Position numbers and translations under genes: made by a program. The notes under the pieces are model-generated. The model saw nothing but the letters and a program-made list of their open reading frames with translations, was not told where the DNA came from and did not search any database. A stretch of 64,000 nt of DNA, from NCBI GenBank assembly GCA_016932045.1, contig JAFGDO010000002.1, positions 66,553-130,552 of the forward strand. The letters run 5' to 3'. The stretch is from Candidatus Dojkabacteria bacterium (GTDB lineage: Bacteria > Patescibacteriota > Dojkabacteria > JAHIVN01). This document shows, piece by piece, positions 38,559 to 48,359 of this stretch. The stretch's first letter is position 1; every line of letters starts with the position of its first letter.

Positions 38559-39891
38559 TTTAAGTCAAAAGGGAGTAGCGACTCTTATGGTCGTATCAAT
38601 TCTTACGATTGTTTTTGTTGCTATAAGTATTGCTATCGCAAGAACTACACTTACAGGATTTAAATCATTAGAGAATTTAAGGTGGTCGAGAAAGTCGTAT
38701 TATCTTGCAGAAAGCGGCATAGAGGATACAATTTTACAAGTAGAGGAGAATTACAGTTATTTAGGAAATTCTTCTGGTGAAACGACTCCGATCGGCACTT
38801 ACTATTCTGACGTTGTAAGGGTTAGTAACAATTATGATATCACCGTTTGGGTATCAGAGGGAGGAACAGAAAGAGTGGTAAATCAAAATCTGACTTTTCT
38901 CTTTGAGGTCGCTGAAGTTACAACGAAGGCTACTTATATGGCTGACTTTTTCTGGATTAGTGGTGAGGGCGCGAGGATAAGGGGGGATGTTTGGACTAAC
39001 GACGACTTTGAGGTTCTCGAGCATGGTGTAGTTGAAGGGAATCTGGCGTCTGCAGGGAAAGGATCATTTGCAGTAAACTGGGTTTGGGACGGCGTCATGG
39101 GAGGAAATCCGAGTCTGACAGGAGGGGAGGTTCTTGATAATCCTGAAACGACAGATATAATTGAGGGAAATATTATTGCTGCCGATGCAGTAAAAGTTTC
39201 TGGTCCTACTGCTTATGTTCAGGGTGATGTGACATCAGATGGATATGTGTGGGAGTTATTTGGCGGAACAATTGACGGTACGATCACAGAGTATGCTGGA
39301 CAGGCGTGGAATCAGATTCCGGTACCCAATTTTGAGTTCGAACAATATGAGCAAGAAGCGGTAACTGACGGCACGTATTTTTCAAATTCAAATTCCTTTG
39401 AGAATTACGTTGATAGCTTGGATGATGGGAATGAGAGACGCTTGCCTGGAGATGTATATTACGTAAAAAATGGTGCAGTAAAGATTGAAGTTGGTTCTCC
39501 TGTATATCTGGATGGACTTTTAGTTGTTGAAGATAATCTGTATATCTATAGTGAGTGGTATCAGAATGCGCAGGGCGGACTACCGGCCATTGTGACTGGC
39601 AAAAGTTTGCAAATTGGAAATAAATTCAACTTTAGTTCGTGGAGTTACGACTACTCAGGTCCTGTTAGAATAAATGGAATTGTGTACTCACAAAAAGATG
39701 TAGAATTGTTTAGAACATACAGTAATGAGGATATAATTGTAGACGGGGCTGTTTGGGCCGGTGATGACATATTTGTAAAAGAACACAGCTATATTCACTA
39801 CAATATTGATCCTTTAAATATTGTAGGATTTGACTTTGTAACTGGAATAACAGATCTTGAAGAACATTACTGGCAGGAAATTATTGATTAG
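38500..39891 (+). CDS. PilX-like large minor pilin
   Basis: KG|VATLM (no E5); YLAESGIE; beta-helix-like C-terminal region; ends WQE. Confidence 0.8.
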   Translation: MKFQEEIYMSNFKSVLTKDSLSQKGVATLMVVSILTIVFVAISIAIARTTLTGFKSLENLRWSRKSYYLAESGIEDTILQVEENYSYLGNSSGETTPIGTYYSDVVRVSNNYDITVWVSEGGTERVVNQNLTFLFEVAEVTTKATYMADFFWISGEGARIRGDVWTNDDFEVLEHGVVEGNLASAGKGSFAVNWVWDGVMGGNPSLTGGEVLDNPETTDIIEGNIIAADAVKVSGPTAYVQGDVTSDGYVWELFGGTIDGTITEYAGQAWNQIPVPNFEFEQYEQEAVTDGTYFSNSNSFENYVDSLDDGNERRLPGDVYYVKNGAVKIEVGSPVYLDGLLVVEDNLYIYSEWYQNAQGGLPAIVTGKSLQIGNKFNFSSWSYDYSGPVRINGIVYSQKDVELFRTYSNEDIIVDGAVWAGDDIFVKEHSYIHYNIDPLNIVGFDFVTGITDLEEHYWQEIID

Positions 39892-40013
39892 AATGTTATG
39901 AGGAAGGATAGATTGAGATTATGGGGAAAGAAAGTAGGCGGCTAAATGTAAAATGGCTTCATTGCTTGATGGACAAATGACTAGATAGTTTCATTATTAA
40001 TTAAAAACTGCTC

Positions 40014-41747
40014 ATGGATATTTTTGATTATGACAATCTAATACAAAGTGAGAAGATTTTTGGTATTGAAATTGTAGATAATACTTTAAAAGTTCTTGAA
40101 CTTAAGAAAGGTGGAGGAGGTAAGTTTACAGTTAGTGGTTTCGGAGAGGAACAGTTTGATCCTAGTGCTGTGGTTGAAGGAGTCATTGTAAAAAAAGATT
40201 TGATTTCAAAAGCTATTAAAAATGCCCGTGAACAAGCAAGACCACATAGGATCAGGACGAGATATGTGGCAGTTGTTCTTCCTGACACCAAAATTTTTGT
40301 AAGAGTTGTAAAGTTTCCCGCAGGTATGACTAAAAATGAGATTAAAGAGGCAATAGAGTGGAAGGCAAAGGATTTAATAGCAATGCCTCTTGAGAAAGTG
40401 TATTGGGATTGGCATAGGCTGAGAGAAGACGAGGAAGATGATGATAGGAGGGAAGTGGAGGTTGTGGTTTCTGCTGTTGAGAAGGAATGTGTAGATTCTT
40501 ATGTTAAAACATTACAGCTTTTGGATATCATACCTCTTTACTTTGATGTATCGGGTAATGCTGCAGCTAGATTTTTGTTTCAGGATGAGTACAAAAAGAA
40601 AAAGGCTTTAATGATAAGGATTGACAGGAGTTCGACCACGTTAAGTCTTTGTCTTGAAGGTGGGGTAAGGTATCAAACTATCATAAAGGACGTTATAAGG
40701 GGAGGATATGGGGCGCTTGTTGACCATGCAACAGCAACTTTGGGGATAAACAAGGAAGAAGCGGAAGAATTAATCTTGTCACCTAAAAACTTAAATAAAG
40801 AACAGAAAGAGAAACTTAGGATAGGTTTTGAAGTTAGTTTCAATGGTTTATTGCGGGAAATCAATCAAATTCTTGATTTTTATTCTCAGACACTTGATAC
40901 CGGCCGTGATTCGAAAGATGGTTCAAGCAAAGAGCTTGATGGTATATATATATTTGGGAAGGGTGCGAAAGTCTTTTATCTCAGGGATTTTTTTAAGGAA
41001 AAGTCAATACAGATAAGTACTAAGCCTACGCGTACCACCTTTGTCTCACCAATGCTTCCATTTATTTCAAGACAGGGGCTTACCCAAAACATGGTTTTGC
41101 TTGGAGTAAGCTTAAGACACCTTGGATTTTTCAGGGGGTTGAGGGATATAAATCTTGTCCCAAAATCGATAAAAACAAGATATTTGCAACGATCAATATA
41201 CAGCAGTTTATATGCTTATCTCCGGCTTATCTTTTGGAATGTCTTTGTAATTGGTGTTATTCTTGTATTTATATACATGATTGCATTGGTTTATAAAAAT
41301 AATGTGGAGCAAGTGTTGAAGTCGGTAGAGAACATCACCGAAAGCAAGGCAAATACGCAGCTTCGGGAAGATATAAACGATATAAATCAAACTGCTGGTC
41401 AAATTGATCTTTTGCTTGATACCCAGTTGGATTGGGAGGAATTCTTTAAAGAAGTTTCAAATCGAAGAGGTGGAGGAATTACCTATAAGAATCTTTTTGT
41501 TAGTGAAGATGAGAGCATACTTAAGGCTGTAGCTGGAGATAAAGCGATTACTAAAAAGGCCGGCTATGTGTATCTTGTTATAAACGGAGTTGCAGAACAT
41601 CGGGAGGATTTGCAAAGATATGTACAGAACATGGAGAACTCAGATATTTTTGAGGAGGTCAAGATGCCAATTTCAAGCTTTGAAAGCAGCACGAACATTG
41701 AGTTTACTATGTACTGCTTTGTAAATACACAAGAACTGAAGTACTAG
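40014..41747 (+). CDS. pilM: PilM-PilN fusion protein
   Basis: FGIEI actin-like start; INLVP PilN motif; TM; INGVA...F..V PilN domain. Confidence 0.85.
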   Translation: MDIFDYDNLIQSEKIFGIEIVDNTLKVLELKKGGGGKFTVSGFGEEQFDPSAVVEGVIVKKDLISKAIKNAREQARPHRIRTRYVAVVLPDTKIFVRVVKFPAGMTKNEIKEAIEWKAKDLIAMPLEKVYWDWHRLREDEEDDDRREVEVVVSAVEKECVDSYVKTLQLLDIIPLYFDVSGNAAARFLFQDEYKKKKALMIRIDRSSTTLSLCLEGGVRYQTIIKDVIRGGYGALVDHATATLGINKEEAEELILSPKNLNKEQKEKLRIGFEVSFNGLLREINQILDFYSQTLDTGRDSKDGSSKELDGIYIFGKGAKVFYLRDFFKEKSIQISTKPTRTTFVSPMLPFISRQGLTQNMVLLGVSLRHLGFFRGLRDINLVPKSIKTRYLQRSIYSSLYAYLRLIFWNVFVIGVILVFIYMIALVYKNNVEQVLKSVENITESKANTQLREDINDINQTAGQIDLLLDTQLDWEEFFKEVSNRRGGGITYKNLFVSEDESILKAVAGDKAITKKAGYVYLVINGVAEHREDLQRYVQNMENSDIFEEVKMPISSFESSTNIEFTMYCFVNTQELKY

Positions 41748-41827
41748 TTATATTAGAGAATGCATGTAGATGCTTTTTAACAGTGAAATTTACTAATTAA
41801 TAAAGTGTTGAGTTAATTTAAAGACAC

Positions 41828-42514
41828 ATGGTTAAGCAGTCACAAAAAGATCTATTATTAGTTCTAGGGCTTACTGTTGTATTTGGGCTTATTGTATATC
41901 TACTGGCTCAGCTGGTTGATAATACTGTGGCTGAAGTGACATCAACTCGTAATCAGATTCGTGAACTTACGAGGATATCAGGTGAAGATGTATCCTCAGA
42001 AGAAGAACCTCTTTCTACTGAGGAATATAAAGATTTGTTGGACAAAAACTTACCTGACATTTCAGGAATAATTGAAATACTTGACCAGCTTGAAGTTATT
42101 GCTCAGATAACAAATGTAGATTTATCTATAAAACTAGAGGAGGGAATAGTAGGAGAAAGTGATATAGAATTTAAAGATACGAAAGAAAGAAATACATTCT
42201 TAAGTACTATAGAGGTGAAAGAATACAAATTTGAAGATCAACCCCAGGTTGCAGCTCCAGAGGGGTCTGAAAATGTTGTTTTGCAGATGATGGAGGAGGG
42301 AGGGCAAACACAGGAAGAACCAAGTCTCAAGATAAACTATCTTGAGGTTGATCTGAATGTTAAGGGTACTTATAATGCTATAAGAACGTACATATCTCTT
42401 TTACGGAATTCAAAATATATATTTAATATAAAAGAAATCAGGCTAAATAGAACAGAGAATGGGGAACTGGATGGAAGTATAAAAGTTAGGGTTTTTATAT
42501 TTGAAAAAAAGTAA
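41828..42514 (+). CDS. PilO-like protein
   Basis: N-terminal TM; LP; VKGTYNAIRTYISLL pattern. Confidence 0.75.
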   Translation: MVKQSQKDLLLVLGLTVVFGLIVYLLAQLVDNTVAEVTSTRNQIRELTRISGEDVSSEEEPLSTEEYKDLLDKNLPDISGIIEILDQLEVIAQITNVDLSIKLEEGIVGESDIEFKDTKERNTFLSTIEVKEYKFEDQPQVAAPEGSENVVLQMMEEGGQTQEEPSLKINYLEVDLNVKGTYNAIRTYISLLRNSKYIFNIKEIRLNRTENGELDGSIKVRVFIFEKK

Positions 42515-42537
42515 TACATATAAATTTCGAGTAAAAA

Positions 42538-42804
42538 ATGATAGGAACAAGGATATTCATAATTAGGGTTGCATCAACTGTCCTGATCATCATTGCCAGT
42601 TTTGTGATTGGATGGTATGTGTATACACGTTTTACACAGCTGAATTTTGAAGGTTTGGCAGTCAGGGAGGATGAGATAAATAATCCGAGGTTAAATTATC
42701 CTTTACTTGAGGCCTTAAGGGAAGATCTAGATAGCAGACGTGTATATCTGAGAGGGGAGCATGTTTGGGTTAAAATCCCAGAGTACGATCCTTTTTATGA
42801 GTAA
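42538..42804 (+). CDS. Small single-TM pilus accessory protein
   Basis: TM and terminal DPF motif; last gene of the operon. Confidence 0.6.
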   Translation: MIGTRIFIIRVASTVLIIIASFVIGWYVYTRFTQLNFEGLAVREDEINNPRLNYPLLEALREDLDSRRVYLRGEHVWVKIPEYDPFYE

Positions 42805-43090
42805 AGAATCTTCCGATGGTCCTTCATCTTCTCCTTCTATGTAGAATTTAATGAGTAGCTTCAAAAGGTAAGTAGCGAATGGCAAGTAGCGGACATCAAA
42901 CTGCGAATCGAAAACTAGCACTAGGTGAGTTTTATTTCTGGCTAAGTTTTCTGTTAACATCTTTGTTTGAGATTGATGATTGTAGATTGAAAATTGGAGA
43001 TTGCCAGTCTGCCGGCAAGGCAGGTAGATTGACATACATTGAATGGACAGATAACTGCTAGATGGATAGTTTAATTGATAATTATTTTTT

Positions 43091-43582
43091 TTAACTACTC
43101 TGACAAAATATACCGTTTGGATATCCAGATTCAGAATATGAGGAAGTGTGTTCTATAGTATCTGTACACACGAGGATATGGGTTGGATCTGCAAGGTTAT
43201 TTATACCTATCCTATACTCGGTAGTTCCGTCCGGGTCTCTTGGGATTTCTTCAAGATAAGCAGGGAATAAAAGCTGAGTGACAGATGTTGCAGCTACTCC
43301 TTCTCCTGTTATACTGCCATCGCTTGGTGTTAAGGCAGTGACACCAGGTGCTGTAAGTCCAAGTACAAAGTAAGGATCTTCTTCCATAACGCCGTCTCTT
43401 GAAAGCCATTGTCCGATAGCTGTATTTATTGCTCTTATATCACTAACTCTATTAGAATTACGGCCGTTAATAAAGATCTCCTGTGGCTTAAAGGCTACTA
43501 TTGTGACTGAAACAAGTACTCCTATGATAGCAATAACTATAATGATTTCTATTAATGAGAATCCATTCTGCTCGTCTTCCAT
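43091..43582 (-). CDS. Type IV major pilin paralog 2
   Basis: NG|FSLIE; YLEEIPRDP; C-terminal Cys pair. Confidence 0.9.
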   Translation of the reverse strand: MEDEQNGFSLIEIIIVIAIIGVLVSVTIVAFKPQEIFINGRNSNRVSDIRAINTAIGQWLSRDGVMEEDPYFVLGLTAPGVTALTPSDGSITGEGVAATSVTQLLFPAYLEEIPRDPDGTTEYRIGINNLADPTHILVCTDTIEHTSSYSESGYPNGIFCQSS

Positions 43583-43649
43583 AAATCCGATTCGTAATAA
43601 TTATGGTAATTTAAATGTAGTATTTTATGAGAATTTTTGCAAGTTTATA

Positions 43650-43680
43650 GAAAAAAGAACCCGCCATAGGCGGGTTCTTC
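43650..43680 (-). terminator. Rho-independent terminator between the pilin paralogs
   Basis: AAGAACCCGCC-TAT-GGCGGGTTCTT followed by a U-run on the minus strand. Confidence 0.85.
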
Positions 43681-43703
43681 TAAGTCAAATCAAATCCTAT
43701 CTA

Positions 43704-44201
43704 CTAGTTGCTTTGACAGAATATGCTGTTTGGATATGTTGCTGCCGGATATGTTGATGTATGTTCTATCGAACCTGTACATACTAAGACATGTGACGGA
43801 CTTCCAACATTATCGACACCAATTCTGTATTCTGTCGAACCATCTGGATCTAGTGGAATATTTTGTATATATCCTGCAGCAGTAAGTTGAGTAACTGTTG
43901 AAGCTGCTACTCCCTCACCACTTATACTACCATCACCAGGTGTTAGGGCTGTTACACCTACTGCTGTAAGACCTAAGGTTACATAAGGATCAGTTTCTTG
44001 AATACCTTCTCTTGACAGCCATTGACCAACAGAACTATTAAGTGCAGCGACATCGTTTGTTCTTCTTGAGTTACGTCCATTGGCAAAGATCTCCTGCGGT
44101 TTAAGAGCTACGACTGTTACAGCGGCTAGTATACCTATGATCGCGATAACAATCACAATTTCGACAAGGGTAAAACCTTTAAATTTATTCTTTGTGAACA
44201 T
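43704..44201 (-). CDS. Type IV major pilin paralog 1
   Basis: KG|FTLVE; YIQNIPLDP; C-terminal Cys pair. Confidence 0.92.
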   Translation of the reverse strand: MFTKNKFKGFTLVEIVIVIAIIGILAAVTVVALKPQEIFANGRNSRRTNDVAALNSSVGQWLSREGIQETDPYVTLGLTAVGVTALTPGDGSISGEGVAASTVTQLTAAGYIQNIPLDPDGSTEYRIGVDNVGSPSHVLVCTGSIEHTSTYPAATYPNSIFCQSN

Positions 44202-44549
44202 CTGGCAGTAAGTAATAAATTAGTTACATAGAGACATTTTTTAATCTCACTAATAGAATAGGTCAATTTTTATTTCTTGTCAAGTGATATTTAGGCGTTT
44301 TTTTTAGAAGAAATCGGGGATTTTAAAATAAGGAACGAAAGATGGGAAATCTGTATTGAGATGCTGAATAGGCAGACTAATTACAACATCGATTATAATA
44401 ATAAAGTTTCATGACAAGAGTATGTCTCACAAGAACAAAATACGCAAAAAAAACTGCCTTAAAGTAAATAAGTTTATGATTTTACAAATAGTCAATTTGT
44501 TACTATAATCAGTTTACTATACTTAAACTTAACTTTAGTACTATTTGAA

Positions 44550-45542
44550 ATGTCTAAAAAAGGATGCCTAATCGCAGTAGTAGTTGTTGTTATCATAATT
44601 ATCATTTTACTTGCTTGTTCTGGGATATGTGTTCTATTCAGTAGTGTCTTTTCTCAAACAGACTGGACTACAAGTGAAAGTATAAATAGTGAGACTCTGG
44701 TAAGCGGAGGAAGTGATAAAATAGTTGTTATTGAAATCGAGGGAATGATAATGGATGTTGAAAGTGAGACGGATTTGTGGGGGTCAAGCTATGCTTCTTC
44801 GAGGACAATTTCCCAATATATTGACGGAGCTATGGGAGATGATACTGTAAAAGCTATCATCTTGAGTATGGATACTCCGGGAGGAGATGTTTATGCTTCA
44901 GATATAATTTACAATAAAATACAAGAAGCAAGGAGTAAAGGAATAAAGGTTGTTACACTTATGAGAGGAACTGCTGCATCAGGGGGGTACTATATTGCTG
45001 CAGCCTCAGATGAGATTGTGGCTAATCCGTTAACAATTACTGGAAGTATCGGGGTGCTTATGGAAGTACAGTCATTGGATGGTCTATATGAAAAGCTTGG
45101 AATAGAGAACAGGGTTATCACAAATAGCGGGGCTGACTACAAAACAGGGGAGGGTCTTTTTGATGAAGACCCATATGGAGAAGAAGATCAGATATATCAA
45201 GAAATTATTGATGAGGTGTTTGATAAGTTTGTTACTGTTGTAGCTGAAGGTCGGAATATGAAGAAAGAAACGGTGTTAGATATCGCTGATGGCAGAGTTT
45301 TCACCGGGTTGCAGGCAAAAGAAGTCAAGCTAGTTGATAAATTAGGAGGATTTGAAGATGCGGTACAATCTGCTGAGAGACTGGCTGGGATATCTGATGC
45401 AACGGTTGTCTTATATAAGGGCTATGATTTCTGGAGTATGTTTGCAGGTTACATTAGTAATGTTGTCAATCCGACAGCTGTTTTTTCAGAACTTGTAGAT
45501 TTTCACCCGGGACCAAAGTTGAAGTATTTATATGTGGAGTAA
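44550..45542 (+). CDS. sppA: Signal peptide peptidase (S49)
   Basis: DTPGG, AASGGYY, TGSIGV, YK and DGRVFTG motifs. Confidence 0.93.
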   Translation: MSKKGCLIAVVVVVIIIIILLACSGICVLFSSVFSQTDWTTSESINSETLVSGGSDKIVVIEIEGMIMDVESETDLWGSSYASSRTISQYIDGAMGDDTVKAIILSMDTPGGDVYASDIIYNKIQEARSKGIKVVTLMRGTAASGGYYIAAASDEIVANPLTITGSIGVLMEVQSLDGLYEKLGIENRVITNSGADYKTGEGLFDEDPYGEEDQIYQEIIDEVFDKFVTVVAEGRNMKKETVLDIADGRVFTGLQAKEVKLVDKLGGFEDAVQSAERLAGISDATVVLYKGYDFWSMFAGYISNVVNPTAVFSELVDFHPGPKLKYLYVE

Positions 45543-45572
45543 AAAATTTCTGTGAATAAATGGTCCTTCTGA

Positions 45573-46223
45573 ATGGTTACATTACTGAGTATGGTAGTTA
45601 CAAAGTTAAAAATTACTAGGCGAGGAGATAGGGTAAGTGTATATTTGGATGATAAATATGCTTTTTCTGTAGAAAGAAATCTTGTAGTTGATCTTTTTAT
45701 AAGTCAAGGTACTAAACTAAGCAAAAAAGATGTAAAAGATATTAAGGCTAAGGACTTTGAAGTTAGATATTATCACAAAGTATTAGATCTCTTAAGCCGA
45801 AGACCAAGAAGTGAGCATGAGATTAGGCTTTATTTGGAAAGAAAGTTGTTCGGGGAGGATAGTAGTCAAAGCTACATTAAAAACATAATAAAAAGGCTAA
45901 AGAGCAATGGATTTATTGATGATCTTGAATTTGCCAAATGGTGGGTTGAGAATAGAGTGAGCTTTAAGCCAAGGGGCAAGTACCTGATAAAGCAAGAATT
46001 ACGAGTTAAAGGAGTAGAGAAGGATTTAATTGAAGAGGCTCTTGAATCATCAAATTTGGATCATCAAAAGGAGTATAAGTTAGCTCAAGAGTTAGGTCTC
46101 AAAAAAAAGAGGATTTTAAAGAATCTAAGTGATATTCGAAATAAAAGAAAATTCTTAAGTTTTCTTATGAGAAAAGGGTTTAGTTACGATATAGCAAAGA
46201 AGGTACTAAGAAAGCTGGATTAA
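45573..46223 (+). CDS. recX: RecX regulatory protein
   Basis: RRPRSEHEIR, FIDDLEFA, ELRVKGV and LMRKGF motifs. Confidence 0.9.
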   Translation: MVTLLSMVVTKLKITRRGDRVSVYLDDKYAFSVERNLVVDLFISQGTKLSKKDVKDIKAKDFEVRYYHKVLDLLSRRPRSEHEIRLYLERKLFGEDSSQSYIKNIIKRLKSNGFIDDLEFAKWWVENRVSFKPRGKYLIKQELRVKGVEKDLIEEALESSNLDHQKEYKLAQELGLKKKRILKNLSDIRNKRKFLSFLMRKGFSYDIAKKVLRKLD

Positions 46224-46249
46224 TATATAAAATTATTAAAAGTATTACG

Positions 46250-46558
46250 ATGAAAGTAACACTTGGAGAAAGGATTAAACGTGCCCGAAAGGAAGCAGAT
46301 TTGTCACAACTGCAGTTAGGAGTAGCATTGAAGGTTAGTGACAAAACAATAAGCGGATATGAATCGAGTAGGATAAGTCCTCCAATTGATAAACTTCAGA
46401 CAATAGCAGAACTTTTGAAAAAACCAGTTGCATATTTCCTTGGAGTTGATGAGCGTGATTATTCGATTCAGTCGCGTTTACGTGCAATTGAGATAAGACT
46501 GCGAGAGATTAGGCAGGAACTGAGAGAGATTAGGGTTGTTGCAAAAGGGAGGAAGTAA
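46250..46558 (+). CDS. XRE-family HTH regulator with C-terminal coiled coil
   Basis: LGERIKRAR...SQLQLG...TISGYES. Confidence 0.9.
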   Translation: MKVTLGERIKRARKEADLSQLQLGVALKVSDKTISGYESSRISPPIDKLQTIAELLKKPVAYFLGVDERDYSIQSRLRAIEIRLREIRQELREIRVVAKGRK

Positions 46559-46689
46559 GCAACTGTTATTAATAGGGTAGTTTATGATTCAAGAAAGAAC
46601 TTTTTAAATTCATGAATATTGGCGGTTTTCCTTGATAGTTTCTAAATAAATTGTTAAAATCCTAAAGCTTCAATTCTTAATGAAAAATA

Positions 46690-47244
46690 ATGGATACTCA
46701 ACTAGTAGATAAAGTGACATCTGAATACAAAAAAGCAAAGCATCCGACATTTGATGTCGGTGATATTATAGAGGTTTCCGCAAAGATCAAAGAAGATGGT
46801 AAGGAGAGAATTCAGGTCTTTAGGGGTGTAGTAATAGCAGTCAAAGGAAGTGATACCGGTAAGACTGTTACAGTAAGAAAGATTAGCTATGGTGTTGGAG
46901 TGGAAAAGATATTTCCAATTTACTCTCCTATGGTAGCAAAGATAAAGGTAGTAAAAAGAGCAGGTAAAATTAAAAGAAGTAAACTTTACTTCTTGCGGGA
47001 CAGAGTCGGAAAGCTGGCACTTAAGGCTGGAGTCCAGATCCCTGCGGAGGGAGAAGATTTAGAAACTGAATTTGAAGAGAAGATGGAAAAGGAAGTAGAA
47101 GAGAAAGAGGAGGTTGTTGAAGAAGAAAAGGAGAAATCGAAATCTGACAATAAGGATGAAAAGGGAGAAGAAAGAGATAAACAGAAAGTTGAGGAGGAAA
47201 AAAAGAGTCAGGAAAAAGATAAAAAAGAAGATAGTAGTAAGTAG
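46690..47244 (+). CDS. rplS: 50S ribosomal protein bL19 with charged C-terminal extension
   Basis: KERIQVFRGVVIA, TVRKISYGVGVEKIFP and KLYFLR motifs. Confidence 0.96.
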   Translation: MDTQLVDKVTSEYKKAKHPTFDVGDIIEVSAKIKEDGKERIQVFRGVVIAVKGSDTGKTVTVRKISYGVGVEKIFPIYSPMVAKIKVVKRAGKIKRSKLYFLRDRVGKLALKAGVQIPAEGEDLETEFEEKMEKEVEEKEEVVEEEKEKSKSDNKDEKGEERDKQKVEEEKKSQEKDKKEDSSK

Positions 47245-47324
47245 CTTGTAGCTTATTAGCTTTTTTGGCATTGATAATATTTAGAACATTGACCAAAAAG
47301 GTTAGTACTTCTTAAATTATAAAG

Positions 47325-47957
47325 ATGGATTATCCCCCTATAAACGATAGACTTGAGAAAGTTCTTACTCAAACTGGGTATGATGCTGTTATTGGTATAG
47401 ATGAGGTGGGTAGGGGTAGTTGGGCGGGCCCTGTAGTTGTCGGAGCATTTGTCTTTAGCAAGGATTCAAAGTTAATTCCGGATGTTAACGATTCGAAAAA
47501 GTTAACTCGAAAAAGTAGAATCAGATTATATGAGGAATTAAAAGATGAAAATTTTTCAATTGCCCAATCGGAAGTTGATGAAGTAGATGAATTAAATGTT
47601 CTTCAGGCAACAAGACTAGCTATAGTGCGTGCTGTTTCAGAATTGAAGGTGGAGGGAAGAGTAATTGCTCTGATTGATGGTTATTTCAGGGAGCAATTTG
47701 ATTTTGAGCATAGGTTTATCATAAAAGGCGACACGAAACATTATTCTATTGCAGCGGCCTCGATTCTTGCTAAGGTTTACCGCGATAATCTTATGGTTGA
47801 ACTTGCATCTTCTTATCCCGACTATGGTTTTGAAACTAATGTTGGATATGGGACTAAAAGGCATCGGGAAGCTTTAGAAAAATATGGGGTTTGTGATATT
47901 CACAGGAAGAGCTATAAACCGATTAAAAGGTTGTTGGATAGTCGGATGGCTGGATAG
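47325..47957 (+). CDS. rnhB: Ribonuclease HII
   Basis: GIDEVGRG, DSKKL, IDG, KGD...IAAASILAKV and GYGT motifs. Confidence 0.96.
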   Translation: MDYPPINDRLEKVLTQTGYDAVIGIDEVGRGSWAGPVVVGAFVFSKDSKLIPDVNDSKKLTRKSRIRLYEELKDENFSIAQSEVDEVDELNVLQATRLAIVRAVSELKVEGRVIALIDGYFREQFDFEHRFIIKGDTKHYSIAAASILAKVYRDNLMVELASSYPDYGFETNVGYGTKRHREALEKYGVCDIHRKSYKPIKRLLDSRMAG

Positions 47958-47990
47958 TCCTATTATTAATTTTTAATTCTCAATTATTAG

Positions 47991-48359
47991 TTGGATCGGG
48001 TGAGTAAATACAAAAAGCGTTTGGGAAAAGTCGGTGAGGATTATGCAGTAGAATATTTAAAAGGCAAAGGGTATGAGGTCATAGGTAGGAATGTTTACAT
48101 TGGCGGTGGAGAGATAGATATTATTTGTAAGAGGACCGATCTGATCGTATTTGTTGAAGTAAAGACCAGAAAGAGTGATATGTATGTGGATATTTTAGAC
48201 TCCATGGATGAGGCCAAAGAAGAAGCACTGACTACAAGTTGTGAAGAATATTTAGCAAGTAAAAATTTTGGAAAATACAATTATAGAATTGATTTGATTG
48301 GGATAGTCATAAATAATAGTGAAGTTAAAAAATTTCAGCACATTGAAGGAATCATTTAA
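47991..48359 (+). CDS. yraN: YraN-family (UPF0102) protein
   Basis: GEDYA, GEIDII, FVEVKTR and RIDL motifs; follows rnhB. Confidence 0.92.
   Translation: MDRVSKYKKRLGKVGEDYAVEYLKGKGYEVIGRNVYIGGGEIDIICKRTDLIVFVEVKTRKSDMYVDILDSMDEAKEEALTTSCEEYLASKNFGKYNYRIDLIGIVINNSEVKKFQHIEGII

Noticed and set aside
42727-43061. ORFs 42727-43035(-) and 42879-43061(+)
   Set aside because: They translate heptamer repeats and a palindrome between convergent genes.
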